Shown one piece after another: positions 38,390 to 47,520 of a stretch of DNA of 64,000 bases. The stretch covers positions 864,001-928,000 of the forward strand of contig CBDCVR010000013.1 of the NCBI GenBank assembly GCA_965223155.1, written 5' to 3'. The translations under genes and the position numbers were made by a program. The notes beneath the pieces are model-generated. The model ran no database searches. It worked only from the letters and a program-made list of their open reading frames with translations, and was not told the origin of the DNA. Numbering within the stretch: the stretch's first letter is position 1; every line of letters begins with the position of its first letter. This stretch comes from Candidatus Multivoradales bacterium (GTDB taxonomy: Bacteria > Acidobacteriota > Thermoanaerobaculia > Multivoradales > JAHEKO01).

Positions 38390-39514
38390 ATGACGAACGC
38401 CTTCACGTTTTCCGACACGCCCTATCCGATACGCGACGATCTCGTCGCCGCGTATCGCAACTTCTGGCGCCAGTTGGCGGATCCCGGCACCTGGTGGACC
38501 GGCGAGGAACGGGTGGCGATCGCCGAGGCAGTGCGCTCGGCCAGCCACTGTGCGTTCTGCGCCGAACGAAAGACTGCCTTGTCTCCGTATGGACTCGCTG
38601 GCGAGCACGACGCCGCCCCCGACTCGCCTTTGGACGCGACTACTATCGATGCCGTGCACCGAGTCGTCACCGACCAGACGCGCATTACGAAGTCCTGGAT
38701 CCAAGACAACGCGGCGAATGGCCTGTCGGAGGGAAAGTACGTCGAGCTGGTTGGCGTAGCTGTCTGCGTTCTCGGCATCGATGAGTTTTGCCGTTCGCTC
38801 GGATTGCCGCTCGAGCCCTTGCCAGCGGCGATCGACGGCCAACCAACCGAATACGTGCCGGACGGTCTGGAAAGCGAGACAGCCATGGTGTCGGTGATCG
38901 GCGCCGACAAGCTCGGACCGGCGGAAAGTGACCTGTGGCCGCCAAACGGAACGGCCAATGTCATTCGCGCGCTCAGCCAGGTGCCCGACGCGGTCAGGCA
39001 GTGGGTTGCCCTGAGTGAGGCCCAGTATCTGGCGGCCGGCGATGTGGGCAACCCCGCCGCCGACACGAATCGCGCGCTCAACCGCATGCAGATGGAACTC
39101 GTCGCGGGGCGCGTGTCTTCGTCGAATGAGTGCTTCTACTGAACCGCCTCGCACGCAACGCTGCTCCGTGCGAGCGCGCAGATCCATGACACCGTTGCGG
39201 ACCTGCAGCAGGTTCACGGCGGAGCCAGTGAGACCAGCGAGATCGAACTCTCGAACGAGTTGACCTCGTTCGCGACGGCGGTTGTCGGCCAAGACGAAGC
39301 GGCCTTGGCCGAAAGCCGCGAGCGACTACTCGCCGCTTCGAACGCCCAAGTGCTGGTCGATGCCGCAGCCGTTGCCGCGAATTTTCAACGTCTGGTGCGG
39401 ATCGCCGACACGATCGGCATCCCGCTTGACGAGGACTTCGCGCGGATGGCCGAACCTGCGGTCGCCGGCCTCGAGCTGCGCCGCTTCAGGACCGCGGAAC
39501 ATACGCCTGGATAA
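38390..39514 (+). CDS. AhpD/CMD-like peroxidase-related protein, probable selenoprotein (UGA 39140-39142 read as Sec)
   Basis: N-terminal CAFC; ELVAGRVSSSNECFY-UGA-TASH forms CxxUxxxH; frame stays open to 39514 and joins ORF 39260-39514. Confidence 0.82.
39148..39174 (+). promoter_or_regulatory. SECIS-like hairpin just 3' of the UGA
   Basis: CTCGCACG...CGTGCGAG 8-bp stem starting 5 nt after the UGA; identical in the second copy. Confidence 0.55.
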
Positions 39515-39661
39515 GGGGCCTCGGACTCTGGTCTCGGCGGCAGCTTGAAGGCGGCGAGTCCCTAGTGAGACGGCGGTCGCCGCAACGACCTCCTCCCCAC
39601 GGTTCGATTCAGCGATCCGCCAAGTACCGATTCGCCACCCTCGCGTGCGCTCGCGACGGAC

Positions 39662-40576
39662 TCAAGGAGCGTCTGGAAGAGAAGCAAGAAACTCCTCGAG
39701 AGCCTGATTGAACCGCTCCGGCTCATCCACGAAGGCCGCGTGGCCGGAATCCTCGACCACCGCCCCGCGACCTTGCGGCCAGCGCTCGCTGACTCCTTCG
39801 GCAATTGCCCTTGCCCACTCTTGCGACGAAGCCAGATACAAGAACGGTAGTTCCATCTCATCCAAGACCGGGCGCCAGTCGCGTTCCTCGATCAGCATCA
39901 GGTTGGCGAGAAGGGTCACCGCGGTGTTGGTGGGTATCTGCATCACCGCCTCGACCAAGTCCTCGAGGTACTCCTCCGAGGGCTCGCTCGCGTGGAGGGC
40001 GCGAACCCACTTCTCCGTCCACTTGAGCCGATCCGACTGCATACTCTTCATCCAACCGCTCCAGAAGGGCGTAGCTGGATGCGGCTCCTCGAGGGGGGCG
40101 TCAAATCCAAGACTCATGTCCACCAGGACCAGGGCACGGAACGAATCGACTCCGAACTCGCGCACATGGGTCAGCGTTTCCAAGACCCCTAGCGACCACG
40201 CGACGACCACCGCCTGCTCCTCCCCCAAGTGCTCGATCAGTTCGCCGATATCTTGGCCTCTGCGGACCAGATGGTGTCCGTCGGTTACCTTTTCGGACCG
40301 CCCCTGGGATCGCGGATCCAGAGCCACGGCGCGATGGGTTTGCGCGAAATGACGCAACTGCGCCATCCACACCTCCGCCGGCATCAAGTAGCCGGGGACG
40401 AACACGATCGTCGGTCCCGAACCCGCCTCCAGGTAGTGCAGTCTGGCGGCATCGCTGGTCAAGAAGTAGCGAGAGTGAATCTCCTCTTGCGCCTGCGCCT
40501 TGGCCTGCGCCGGCGGTGCGACAGCCACGCTCACAGCGATCAGCAATGTGCCGAGCCCGGCTCCATGCAGTTTCAT
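39662..40576 (-). CDS. Secreted alpha/beta hydrolase (non-heme haloperoxidase-like)
   Basis: DPRSQGRS, AWSLG nucleophile elbow, SGHAAFVDEP. Confidence 0.88.
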   Translation of the reverse strand: MKLHGAGLGTLLIAVSVAVAPPAQAKAQAQEEIHSRYFLTSDAARLHYLEAGSGPTIVFVPGYLMPAEVWMAQLRHFAQTHRAVALDPRSQGRSEKVTDGHHLVRRGQDIGELIEHLGEEQAVVVAWSLGVLETLTHVREFGVDSFRALVLVDMSLGFDAPLEEPHPATPFWSGWMKSMQSDRLKWTEKWVRALHASEPSEEYLEDLVEAVMQIPTNTAVTLLANLMLIEERDWRPVLDEMELPFLYLASSQEWARAIAEGVSERWPQGRGAVVEDSGHAAFVDEPERFNQALEEFLASLPDAP

Positions 40577-40652
40577 CGCGCTGGTCCTCCTTGGGGGCAG
40601 TGTAGCGCGAGGGTGGAGATTGATCCCGGCGCCTCGGTCCTAGCTTCGCCTC

Positions 40653-41282
40653 CTAGACGACCTCGGGCCAGAAGTACTTGACTCCAGATACCGGCAAGAT
40701 CGGTTCGCGAGCGAGCGTCATGAGGTCGGTCTTCCAGACACCCGAGAAGCCCTGCCACGCGGCGATGGCGGAGAGCGCCGCGTCCCACTCGTGCTCGTTG
40801 GCGGCAGTCACCGAGACTTCGAACTCGGCCTCCAACCAATCTGTCATCGCGCGCCGGCTCCCCCAGTCGTATTTCGTGCCCGCGAGGGCGAAATACACGA
40901 CCTTGGGATGAGTCTCCGTCACCTCCAAGTCCGGCCAGTGACGGCGCAAGGCCAGGACCACGGCCGGCCCCTGAATCGCCATGGATCCGAACAGGCTGTT
41001 GGGACTCGATACGGAGTTTCTGACCTCAGGGTACCGCTCGCGCAGCGCCAGATCCGCTCCCCGCCAGCCCGACGGGCCGAGCTCCCAACTCAGAATCGTA
41101 TCGACCCCGATGGCTCGCGGCGGACTCGCGCAGCGCTCACGAAACCAGCCGATCGCCGCCCGGCCGTCACTCGCCGTGCCGACTTCCAACCTGCGCGTCG
41201 AGGAACCAACCGTCAGCGCCGCAACGCCATGCTTGCCATTGCCGCCCGGGTCGTAGCCGAGAAAGACTAGAGCCAGCAGCAT
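40653..41282 (-). CDS. DUF429-like predicted nuclease (RNase H fold)
   Basis: LGYDPGG, IGVD, R.AD, ETHPK, HEWDA. Confidence 0.72.
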   Translation of the reverse strand: MLLALVFLGYDPGGNGKHGVAALTVGSSTRRLEVGTASDGRAAIGWFRERCASPPRAIGVDTILSWELGPSGWRGADLALRERYPEVRNSVSSPNSLFGSMAIQGPAVVLALRRHWPDLEVTETHPKVVYFALAGTKYDWGSRRAMTDWLEAEFEVSVTAANEHEWDAALSAIAAWQGFSGVWKTDLMTLAREPILPVSGVKYFWPEVV

Positions 41283-41319
41283 CTGCGCGAAACGCGGCTG
41301 GCCCGTCCCGTCACAGAAC

Positions 41320-42003
41320 TCAACAGCCCAGCGCCATCTCGATGGTGACCGTCTGGACAGGAAGCCAAGCGCCCGATTCCCAACGCACCAGGCGCACCCG
41401 ATAGACATTCACCAAAACGGCAGCGGGATAGTCGTCGGGAGCCGTTGCCGCCGCGGCGTGATCGGCCCAGTCGTCTCCGGCAACCTCCCGCACTCGCTCC
41501 ACCAGCTCGGCCATATCGACCTCCGGGAAACGGCGCGCTTGCTCTGGGCTCAGCGCAGGCAACACGAATCGTCCCTCGTCTTGCTCGAGCGTCCGCCACT
41601 CGGACGTGAAGTGCTTCCAATCCGTGAGGTCGATGTGCGGGCCCTCACCGAGTATCGAGACAGTCGTCTCATACTGCCACTCCAGTCGAAACTCGCCGAG
41701 ACAGTCCTCTTCGTCCGCGATGAGGATCTCCCATCCTGCAACGTCCGCCATCCCGACGGAGACGTACGCTTCGGCATCGGGCGGAATCATGAACGCCTCT
41801 TCGGGATTGTCGATGTAGCCGGTGCTCAACGATTCCGGATCCGGCTCGAGCTTCAGACTCGGTTGGCACTCAGAAGTCGCCATTCCGGCACTTGCGGTGC
41901 CCATCACGAGCAAGGCAAGAACGGTGCTCGCCAGACGTGGCAGTCGCGAATCGCGCCCACAGCCCTCCTTGGTTGCTACCTCCGAGCGGTTTACTCCATA
42001 CAT
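41320..42003 (-). CDS. Hypothetical secreted protein
   Basis: GGAGG RBS before ATG 42003; hydrophobic segment; EGPHIDLTDWKH; ends in GC. Confidence 0.65.
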   Translation of the reverse strand: MYGVNRSEVATKEGCGRDSRLPRLASTVLALLVMGTASAGMATSECQPSLKLEPDPESLSTGYIDNPEEAFMIPPDAEAYVSVGMADVAGWEILIADEEDCLGEFRLEWQYETTVSILGEGPHIDLTDWKHFTSEWRTLEQDEGRFVLPALSPEQARRFPEVDMAELVERVREVAGDDWADHAAAATAPDDYPAAVLVNVYRVRLVRWESGAWLPVQTVTIEMALGC

Positions 42004-42211
42004 CGCTGACCTCCGTCCCATTTCGAGCCGGCTCAACTTGCATCGCAGGCGCCCTCACTCAGGAGCGAGCTGGTGCAAGACGCAAACCAAGATGTCGCTA
42101 TCTCCGCGGACGAGAGCGAGACGGAACACCGGCTGGGGGGACGCAGCAGCCGGCCAGGGTTTCGCGAAGCAACGATCCTGCGAGGGATAAGTATCCTGCC
42201 ACCGAATCCAT

Positions 42212-42790
42212 ACGTTTCCGCGGAAACGTTTCCTTACGCCGAGTTGACCGCTCCTTCCGAACCCTCGGGCTCCCGCCGCAGTGCCCGATAGGCCTGAACC
42301 GCCCAGGCGAGATCGATCGACCTGCCGTTCCAGGTCGGAAAGCCCGTCATCGCATCGACCTCGATCCCGCGCTCGGCGTTCTGAGACCGGATTGCTTCGC
42401 CGGGCCGCGCCGGCAACGGTGGCGGGGCCGGCGCTTCTTCGATCCGAAGTCCATTTGGCGTAAAGAAATCGACTGAACCGCTGCGGTGCAAGAGCACCTT
42501 GAAGCCCTCTTCGTGGACGGCTCGATGGTGGCGGCGGCAGAGGAGAACCAGGTTGTCGAGGCGTGTGGCGCCGCCGTCGGCCCAATGTTTGACATGGTGG
42601 GCGTCGCAAATCCTGACGCCACAACCAGGGAAGCGACAGCCTCGGTCCCGAAAACGTAGAGCTCGGCGGACAGCGGGAGGCACGGTGCGCGTTTTCCGCC
42701 CGACGTCGAGGGTCGAACCGTCACGAGCGTGGCGCATGTCCCCCTTCGAAGCATCGCAGGCGAGACGGCGGGACGTTTCCGCGGAAACGT
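42212..42790. repeat. Perfect 18-bp palindrome ACGTTTCCGCGGAAACGT at 42212-42229 and 42773-42790
   Basis: Read directly; one copy encodes NVSAET inside the HNH gene, the other lies just past its stop. Confidence 0.9.
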
Positions 42791-43634
42791 TCGTGCCGCC
42801 CTCGACAACCGCGTGGCCGGAGTCCGAGCGATCCGCCAAGGCCTCGGCGTCAACGTGCACGACCACCTGGTGGTGGTCACCGCCGGTCGTCGCGTCGGCG
42901 CCGCCCAGCCCGCGACCGAGCGCGGCTTCGGCAACCAGGCCAAAGGCGTCGGCACGCCGCCTCTCGGCACCGCGCTCGCCTTCCTCGACCGTCGCGGCGT
43001 CCTCAGCCTCTGAGTCCGAGCGATAGAGCTTGTCCTCGGCGGCTTCGAGCGCCTTCAAGAACATCGCCCCGGCTTCCGGTTCGAGCCGAGCGCGGACCAC
43101 CCGCATGCCGTCTTCGTCGGTGTAGGCGCGCACGTACCGCTGGCTCCGCCGACGCTTGGAGACTTCCGCCTCCTCCAGCCGGTCCATGCGGCGCCAGGCA
43201 CGAATCAGTCGTTCGACGTGCGAGGCCGTACCCGCTCGGGCAAAGGTTAAGAGCTCCGCCTCATTCTCGGTGGTGGCAACACGCGTCAGGGCGCGCACCT
43301 TCGAGTACGAGATCTCGCCGCGCTCCATCGCCGCACCGATCTTCGGGAGATTCCCGAGGGCCCGCGCCACCCGGACCTTTTCGCGAGCCGCACCCAGGTC
43401 CAGGCCCGTACGCCATGAGAGCCAGTGCGCACAGGAACGAGCACCCTTGGCGTGCCAACCCTCGCGCCGGTCGAACTCCCGAATCAGAGTGAGTACGCGA
43501 TACGTGGCGGCCTGAATCTGAGCCGAGAGCTCGGCGATCCGATCCCCTATCTGGTCGAGATCGCCCGCGGCCTCGAACGGTTCGTCTGCGGAACTGGCGG
43601 TGACTCGTTGCGGTGCGGAAGCGGCGAAGTTCAT
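42234..43634 (-). CDS. DUF222 domain HNH endonuclease (13E12-like)
   Basis: SCAHWLSWRTG, SYSKVRALTR, RRADA, RRLACDA, RDRGCRFPGC, DAHHVKHWADGG, NLVLLCRRHHRAVH. Confidence 0.9.
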   Translation of the reverse strand: MNFAASAPQRVTASSADEPFEAAGDLDQIGDRIAELSAQIQAATYRVLTLIREFDRREGWHAKGARSCAHWLSWRTGLDLGAAREKVRVARALGNLPKIGAAMERGEISYSKVRALTRVATTENEAELLTFARAGTASHVERLIRAWRRMDRLEEAEVSKRRRSQRYVRAYTDEDGMRVVRARLEPEAGAMFLKALEAAEDKLYRSDSEAEDAATVEEGERGAERRRADAFGLVAEAALGRGLGGADATTGGDHHQVVVHVDAEALADRSDSGHAVVEGGTNVSAETSRRLACDASKGDMRHARDGSTLDVGRKTRTVPPAVRRALRFRDRGCRFPGCGVRICDAHHVKHWADGGATRLDNLVLLCRRHHRAVHEEGFKVLLHRSGSVDFFTPNGLRIEEAPAPPPLPARPGEAIRSQNAERGIEVDAMTGFPTWNGRSIDLAWAVQAYRALRREPEGSEGAVNSA

Positions 43635-43640
43635 TGACTG

Positions 43641-43669
43641 AATTTACGCTTTATTTGCGCCATTGTCAA
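43641..43669 (-). promoter_or_regulatory. Sigma70 promoter for the HNH gene, leaderless
   Basis: TTGACA-17 nt-TAAATT-6 nt-ATG on the minus strand; no SD. Confidence 0.72.
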
Positions 43670-43763
43670 GGCAAGCCTGCCTCCCAGATCAAGCCTGCGT
43701 CGAGCAGAAAATCCAAGCAGCTATTGGCGTCTACGAAAACGGTGGTACCCGGGACCCCCAGCT

Positions 43764-44429
43764 AGCCACTGTGCGTTCTGCGCCGAACGAAAGACTGCCT
43801 TGTCTCCGTATGGCCTGGCCGGCGAGCACGACGCCTCCCCCGACTCGCCTCTGGAGGCGACTGCCATCGATGCCGTGCACCGAGTCGTCACCGACCAGAC
43901 GCGCATTACGAAGTCCTGGATCCAGGAGAACTCGGAGAGTGGCCTTGCGGAGGGGAAGTACGTCGAGCTGGTCGGCGTGGCCGTCTGCGTCTTCGGTATC
44001 GACGAGTTTTGCCGTTCGCTCGGATTGCCGCTCGAGCCCTTGCCCGCGGCGATCGACGGCCAACCAACCGAATACGTGCCGGCCGGTCTGGAAAGCGAGA
44101 CAGCCATAGTGTCGGTGATCGGCGCCGACAAGCTCGGACCGGCGGAAAGCGACCTATGGCCGCCAAACGAAACGGCCAATGTCATTCGCGCGCTCAGCCT
44201 GGTGCCCGACGCGGTCAGGGAATGGGTTGCCCTGAGTGAGGCGCAGTATCTGGCGGCCCACGATGTGGGCAACCCCGCCGCCGACACGAATCGCGCGCTC
44301 AACCGCATGCAGATGGAACTTGTCGCGGGGCGCGTGTCTTCGTCGAATGAGTGCTTCTACTGAACCGCCTCGCACGCAACGCTGCTCCGTGCGAGCGCGC
44401 AAATCCACGACACCGTCGCCGACCTCCAG
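43764..44429 (+). pseudogene. 666-bp diverged internal duplicate of the AhpD-like gene (38543-39208)
   Basis: Colinear and same length; lacks the 5' start and 3' end; keeps CFY-TGA and the hairpin. Confidence 0.85.
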
Positions 44430-44594
44430 TACCCCGAGACAGATCACTCCTGTTTCGGCGTAGCAGTGTCGCTGGAGTTAGATCAGAGCTCTACCAAGAA
44501 ACTAAGATTCTTGTCAGAAACGCCCCTGTTCCGGAAATTAGATAGGTAGAGCTACCCAAACTTCCTTGGAGTAGATGAGGCAAGAGGAGCGAGA

Positions 44595-45407
44595 ATGCGA
44601 GTGACAAGAAATCTAAAGAAGAGTACTGCGAGTATCGCTGCACTGTGTGCAGTTCTATCCCCCGCAGCCGCCACCGCGCAGTCCACAGGACCCCGCACTC
44701 AGTTTGGCGCCGAAAGTTTCCACGAGAACCACAGTGCCACGGCGACATCCTTGACGACTTCGCGCGGCTTCTCCGTGGTCGTCGTCGAAGCACACGAGCA
44801 CGTTGGCGAAAAGCTATTCAACGACGCCATTCGAGTGAGCGTCAGCAGCCCCTGGGGAGAGCACTTCGAGGCCTACTTCGTAGATCACAGGAGCTTCAAG
44901 AGAATCCGAATCGTCGGAGTGGGAGAGTACAAGTTCTACCCCGGTCCAGAGGCGGGCCCTCTCACAACACCCATGGACTTCGTCTCGATCGAGACAGCTC
45001 AAGGTGTTCGAGGAGAGCACGTCGGCAACCGTGTAGAACGAGTGACCCATGGCCTGGAAACGATCGACAACATCGACCTGTACCAGGACATGGCGCTCGA
45101 GATCCACAAGAGCTTCTCGCCAGAATTCCTTGAGGGTCTTAGAGAGCTCAGCCGTCCCAGCCTCGTGCCGGCAGGCTGCAGTCTCGAGATACTGGAATGT
45201 TCTCTCGCGGTGATAGGGTGGATTGGAAGCGTAGCCGCTTTCGGACCGGCCTGTGTATATGGACTGACTCTGGGGTGTATCGCCGCGATCCTTGTCCATG
45301 AAGCTGCCAACGGCAGCGTCATCATCGCTTGCGGCAAAGCCGGCGCCTGCCTACAGGCAGAACAAGAGGAGGCTCAGCATCCCCGGACCAATCCGGACTG
45401 CGGATAG
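44595..45407 (+). CDS. Secreted protein with Cys-rich hydrophobic C-terminal region (bacteriocin-precursor-like)
   Basis: GAGGAG RBS, signal peptide, C-terminal GCSLEILECS...ACVYGLTLGCIAAIL...ACGKAGAC. Confidence 0.68.
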   Translation: MRVTRNLKKSTASIAALCAVLSPAAATAQSTGPRTQFGAESFHENHSATATSLTTSRGFSVVVVEAHEHVGEKLFNDAIRVSVSSPWGEHFEAYFVDHRSFKRIRIVGVGEYKFYPGPEAGPLTTPMDFVSIETAQGVRGEHVGNRVERVTHGLETIDNIDLYQDMALEIHKSFSPEFLEGLRELSRPSLVPAGCSLEILECSLAVIGWIGSVAAFGPACVYGLTLGCIAAILVHEAANGSVIIACGKAGACLQAEQEEAQHPRTNPDCG

Positions 45408-45431
45408 AGTCAATCCTCTGAGGAGCGCGTC

Positions 45432-45734
45432 GTGGATTCAACACCTTGGCTCATCGCTCAACTCGTCATTGGCAACGTACTCTTGCTGATCATGCTCGGG
45501 TCCATGCGCGTCGGAGATCTCGAGAGGCAGGGAAAGAGGCTTCCCGCAATCGGGATGTTCGTCGCGTGTCTTTCCCTCTTTCTGTTGGCCGGAATCGCAC
45601 TCGCCCGGAACCTGGGTACGTGGTCCGAAACGCAAGTGGTCTTGAGCGCACTAGGCTTCGGCGCCCTATCGGCACTTACGATTCTGGCTGGCGTGCGGGT
45701 GTGGCGGTTTCCTTCTTCTCGGCACGGCGCATGA
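45432..45734 (+). CDS. Small three-TM membrane protein (possible immunity protein)
   Basis: GAGGAG RBS; three hydrophobic helices; directly follows the previous gene. Confidence 0.65.
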   Translation: MDSTPWLIAQLVIGNVLLLIMLGSMRVGDLERQGKRLPAIGMFVACLSLFLLAGIALARNLGTWSETQVVLSALGFGALSALTILAGVRVWRFPSSRHGA

Positions 45735-45981
45735 CCGAATAGCCGAACCGTCGAAAAGGCGACGAAAGGCTATTCGAGGCCGACGTCAAGCGAGGCGTCC
45801 GGTGTAGGTAGCGGCTGCTTGCACGAAGTGCCAGGCACGTCCAAATGAGGGACCGTTGGCGAGAGACCGTCGCGGCCGGCAGGATTGCGAGGAATAGGTA
45901 TCCTTCTATGAGTCGGTCGGTTGGCGTCAAGAGTTTCGTTTCTTCTTTTTGTAGTTTTCCTTAGGTTTGGATCGAGGCTTG

Positions 45982-46116
45982 GGACGAGCTTCTATTCGCA
46001 CTCTGTAGGGTTCTTCTTTGAACCGGTGCATGGTGAGTTTTGCGTCCGTTTAGGAATCGATGCTCCCATCTGTCACACGGTGTCGGGGCCACCAAGGATA
46101 CTTTCGGAGTCATCGA
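45982..46116 (-). ncRNA. Bridge/seek RNA in the 3' noncoding end of the IS
   Basis: Two stem-internal loop-stem units; loop 1 carries GTATCCTT and GTGACAGA, which match the two flanks of the insertion site. Confidence 0.8.
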
Positions 46117-46160
46117 ACCTCTCAATCCGTCCTTGCTTGTTGGTCGTCTAGTTATCTCTT

Positions 46161-47174
46161 CTACGCTGCCTTGGGAAAGGCTCGGAAGCTCTCACCTGTC
46201 ACCCACAGCCTGTGGAGCAACACCGCGATCTTCCTAGCTAGCGCGACCACGGCCTTGCCCTTACCCAGCCTCTCGACCAGGCCCTCAGCCCATCTCTTGA
46301 GTGACGACTCTTTGCGACAGTTCAACGCCGCATGAGCTGCCTGCACCAAGAGTCTGCGCATCTCCGAGTCGCCCTCGCGAGTGATCCGGCCCCTGACCTC
46401 ATGCCCTCCTGAGCTGCGAAGCGACGGTCTCAAGCCCAGACACGCTCCGACGTCGCGGCTTTTCTCGAACCGATCCGGACGATCCATCCAGCCGACGAAC
46501 GCAAGGCTCACCAGAGGCCCCACACCAGGAACCGTCTGCAGCCGACGGACCAGCTCGTTTGATCTCGACTCGGAGATGAGGTCGTCTTCGAGATGGTGGA
46601 TCCGATCGGTCAGCTCGCCGATTGTCGTTACCAGAGGTTCGAGCGCTCCCAACAGGCCGGCTTCGACCGACATCGACGCGTACCGAGCCACGAAGCTCTT
46701 CGCCGGACATGAGGGCACTCGGTAGCCCTGTGCCCGCAGCGTTCCGCGTACGGAGTTGATCAGCGAGGTCCTGGTCTTCACCAGACTCGTTCGGACCCGA
46801 AGACGCGTCCGAAGCTCTTGGGCCTCACCTGTGCGCTGGTAGACTGGTCGAAGCAAACCCAGATCCAACCGGCTCAAACGAGCCAGGATCTCGGCGTCGA
46901 TTCCGTCCGTCTTCAGGGTCGATTCCGCGATCAGACGTACCCGGCGTGGATTGACCACCATCACCTCATGGCCGAGCTCAGACAGCAGTCGATAGACCCA
47001 GGGTGTGACCGGACCGCTCTCGAGCGTCACCTGCGAGCGTTCCCGATTGGCGAAGAACCTTCGCAGGCCCGTCTCGGTCGTCGGAACCCGCCGGCGAACC
47101 GTCACCTCACCGTCTTCTGATACGCCACACACCTCGCTGTACTTCGAGTGAACATCGATGCCAAGATACTCCAT
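46161..47174 (-). CDS. IS110-family DEDD transposase/recombinase
   Basis: LGIDVHS, LESG, KTDGIDAEILA, VPGVG, GLRPSLRSSG, ALARKIAV; AAAGGAG RBS. Confidence 0.95.
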   Translation of the reverse strand: MEYLGIDVHSKYSEVCGVSEDGEVTVRRRVPTTETGLRRFFANRERSQVTLESGPVTPWVYRLLSELGHEVMVVNPRRVRLIAESTLKTDGIDAEILARLSRLDLGLLRPVYQRTGEAQELRTRLRVRTSLVKTRTSLINSVRGTLRAQGYRVPSCPAKSFVARYASMSVEAGLLGALEPLVTTIGELTDRIHHLEDDLISESRSNELVRRLQTVPGVGPLVSLAFVGWMDRPDRFEKSRDVGACLGLRPSLRSSGGHEVRGRITREGDSEMRRLLVQAAHAALNCRKESSLKRWAEGLVERLGKGKAVVALARKIAVLLHRLWVTGESFRAFPKAA

Positions 47175-47520
47175 GGTCGGTCTCCTTTCTCGGCTCTGAT
47201 GCCGATTCTTGGTTATCTCCAACTGGCACAGTGTCCCAGCTGGAGACCGACCGACTCATCTCATCTGTCACCGCTTCGACCGTTTCGACAGCTCGGAGCT
47301 TCGCGGCACCGTCAATCCACCACCGGCCAGCCGGGTCGGCCCGTTCAGGCCAGTGTTCTGCTCCACGAGCCTACGGCCCCTCCCTTCTAAGGCTTCCACC
47401 CTGAATCTGCCGCTGAACTGTCGGGACAACGGGGTCTGCTTCTAAAATCCCGCTACCATGCCGACCATCGCCGTAACTCCTGGCATCTCGATTCGCCGCT
47501 CCCCGTAGGTCGAGGAGAAA

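Larger units (their letters stand above)
45905..47266 (-). mobile_element. IS110-family, IS1111-group insertion sequence
   Basis: Perfect 14-bp subterminal IRs ATGAGTCGGTCGGT (45908-45921) / ACCGACCGACTCAT (47246-47259), 3 and 7 nt from the ends; AGA core at both junctions; outward TTGACG beside the right IR. Confidence 0.92.

Noticed and set aside
39260-39514. Independent 84-aa gene
   Set aside because: Better explained as the in-frame C-terminus of the UGA read-through AhpD-like protein.
27534-43765. CTAG at several apparent truncation junctions (27534, 28863, 37064, 43762), matching the IS5 target
   Set aside because: CTAG is frequent throughout the window, including ordinary stops and gene interiors; enrichment cannot be claimed without counting.
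47417-47444. Sequence resembling an IS3-like terminal repeat
   Set aside because: No partner repeat or transposase remnant found.
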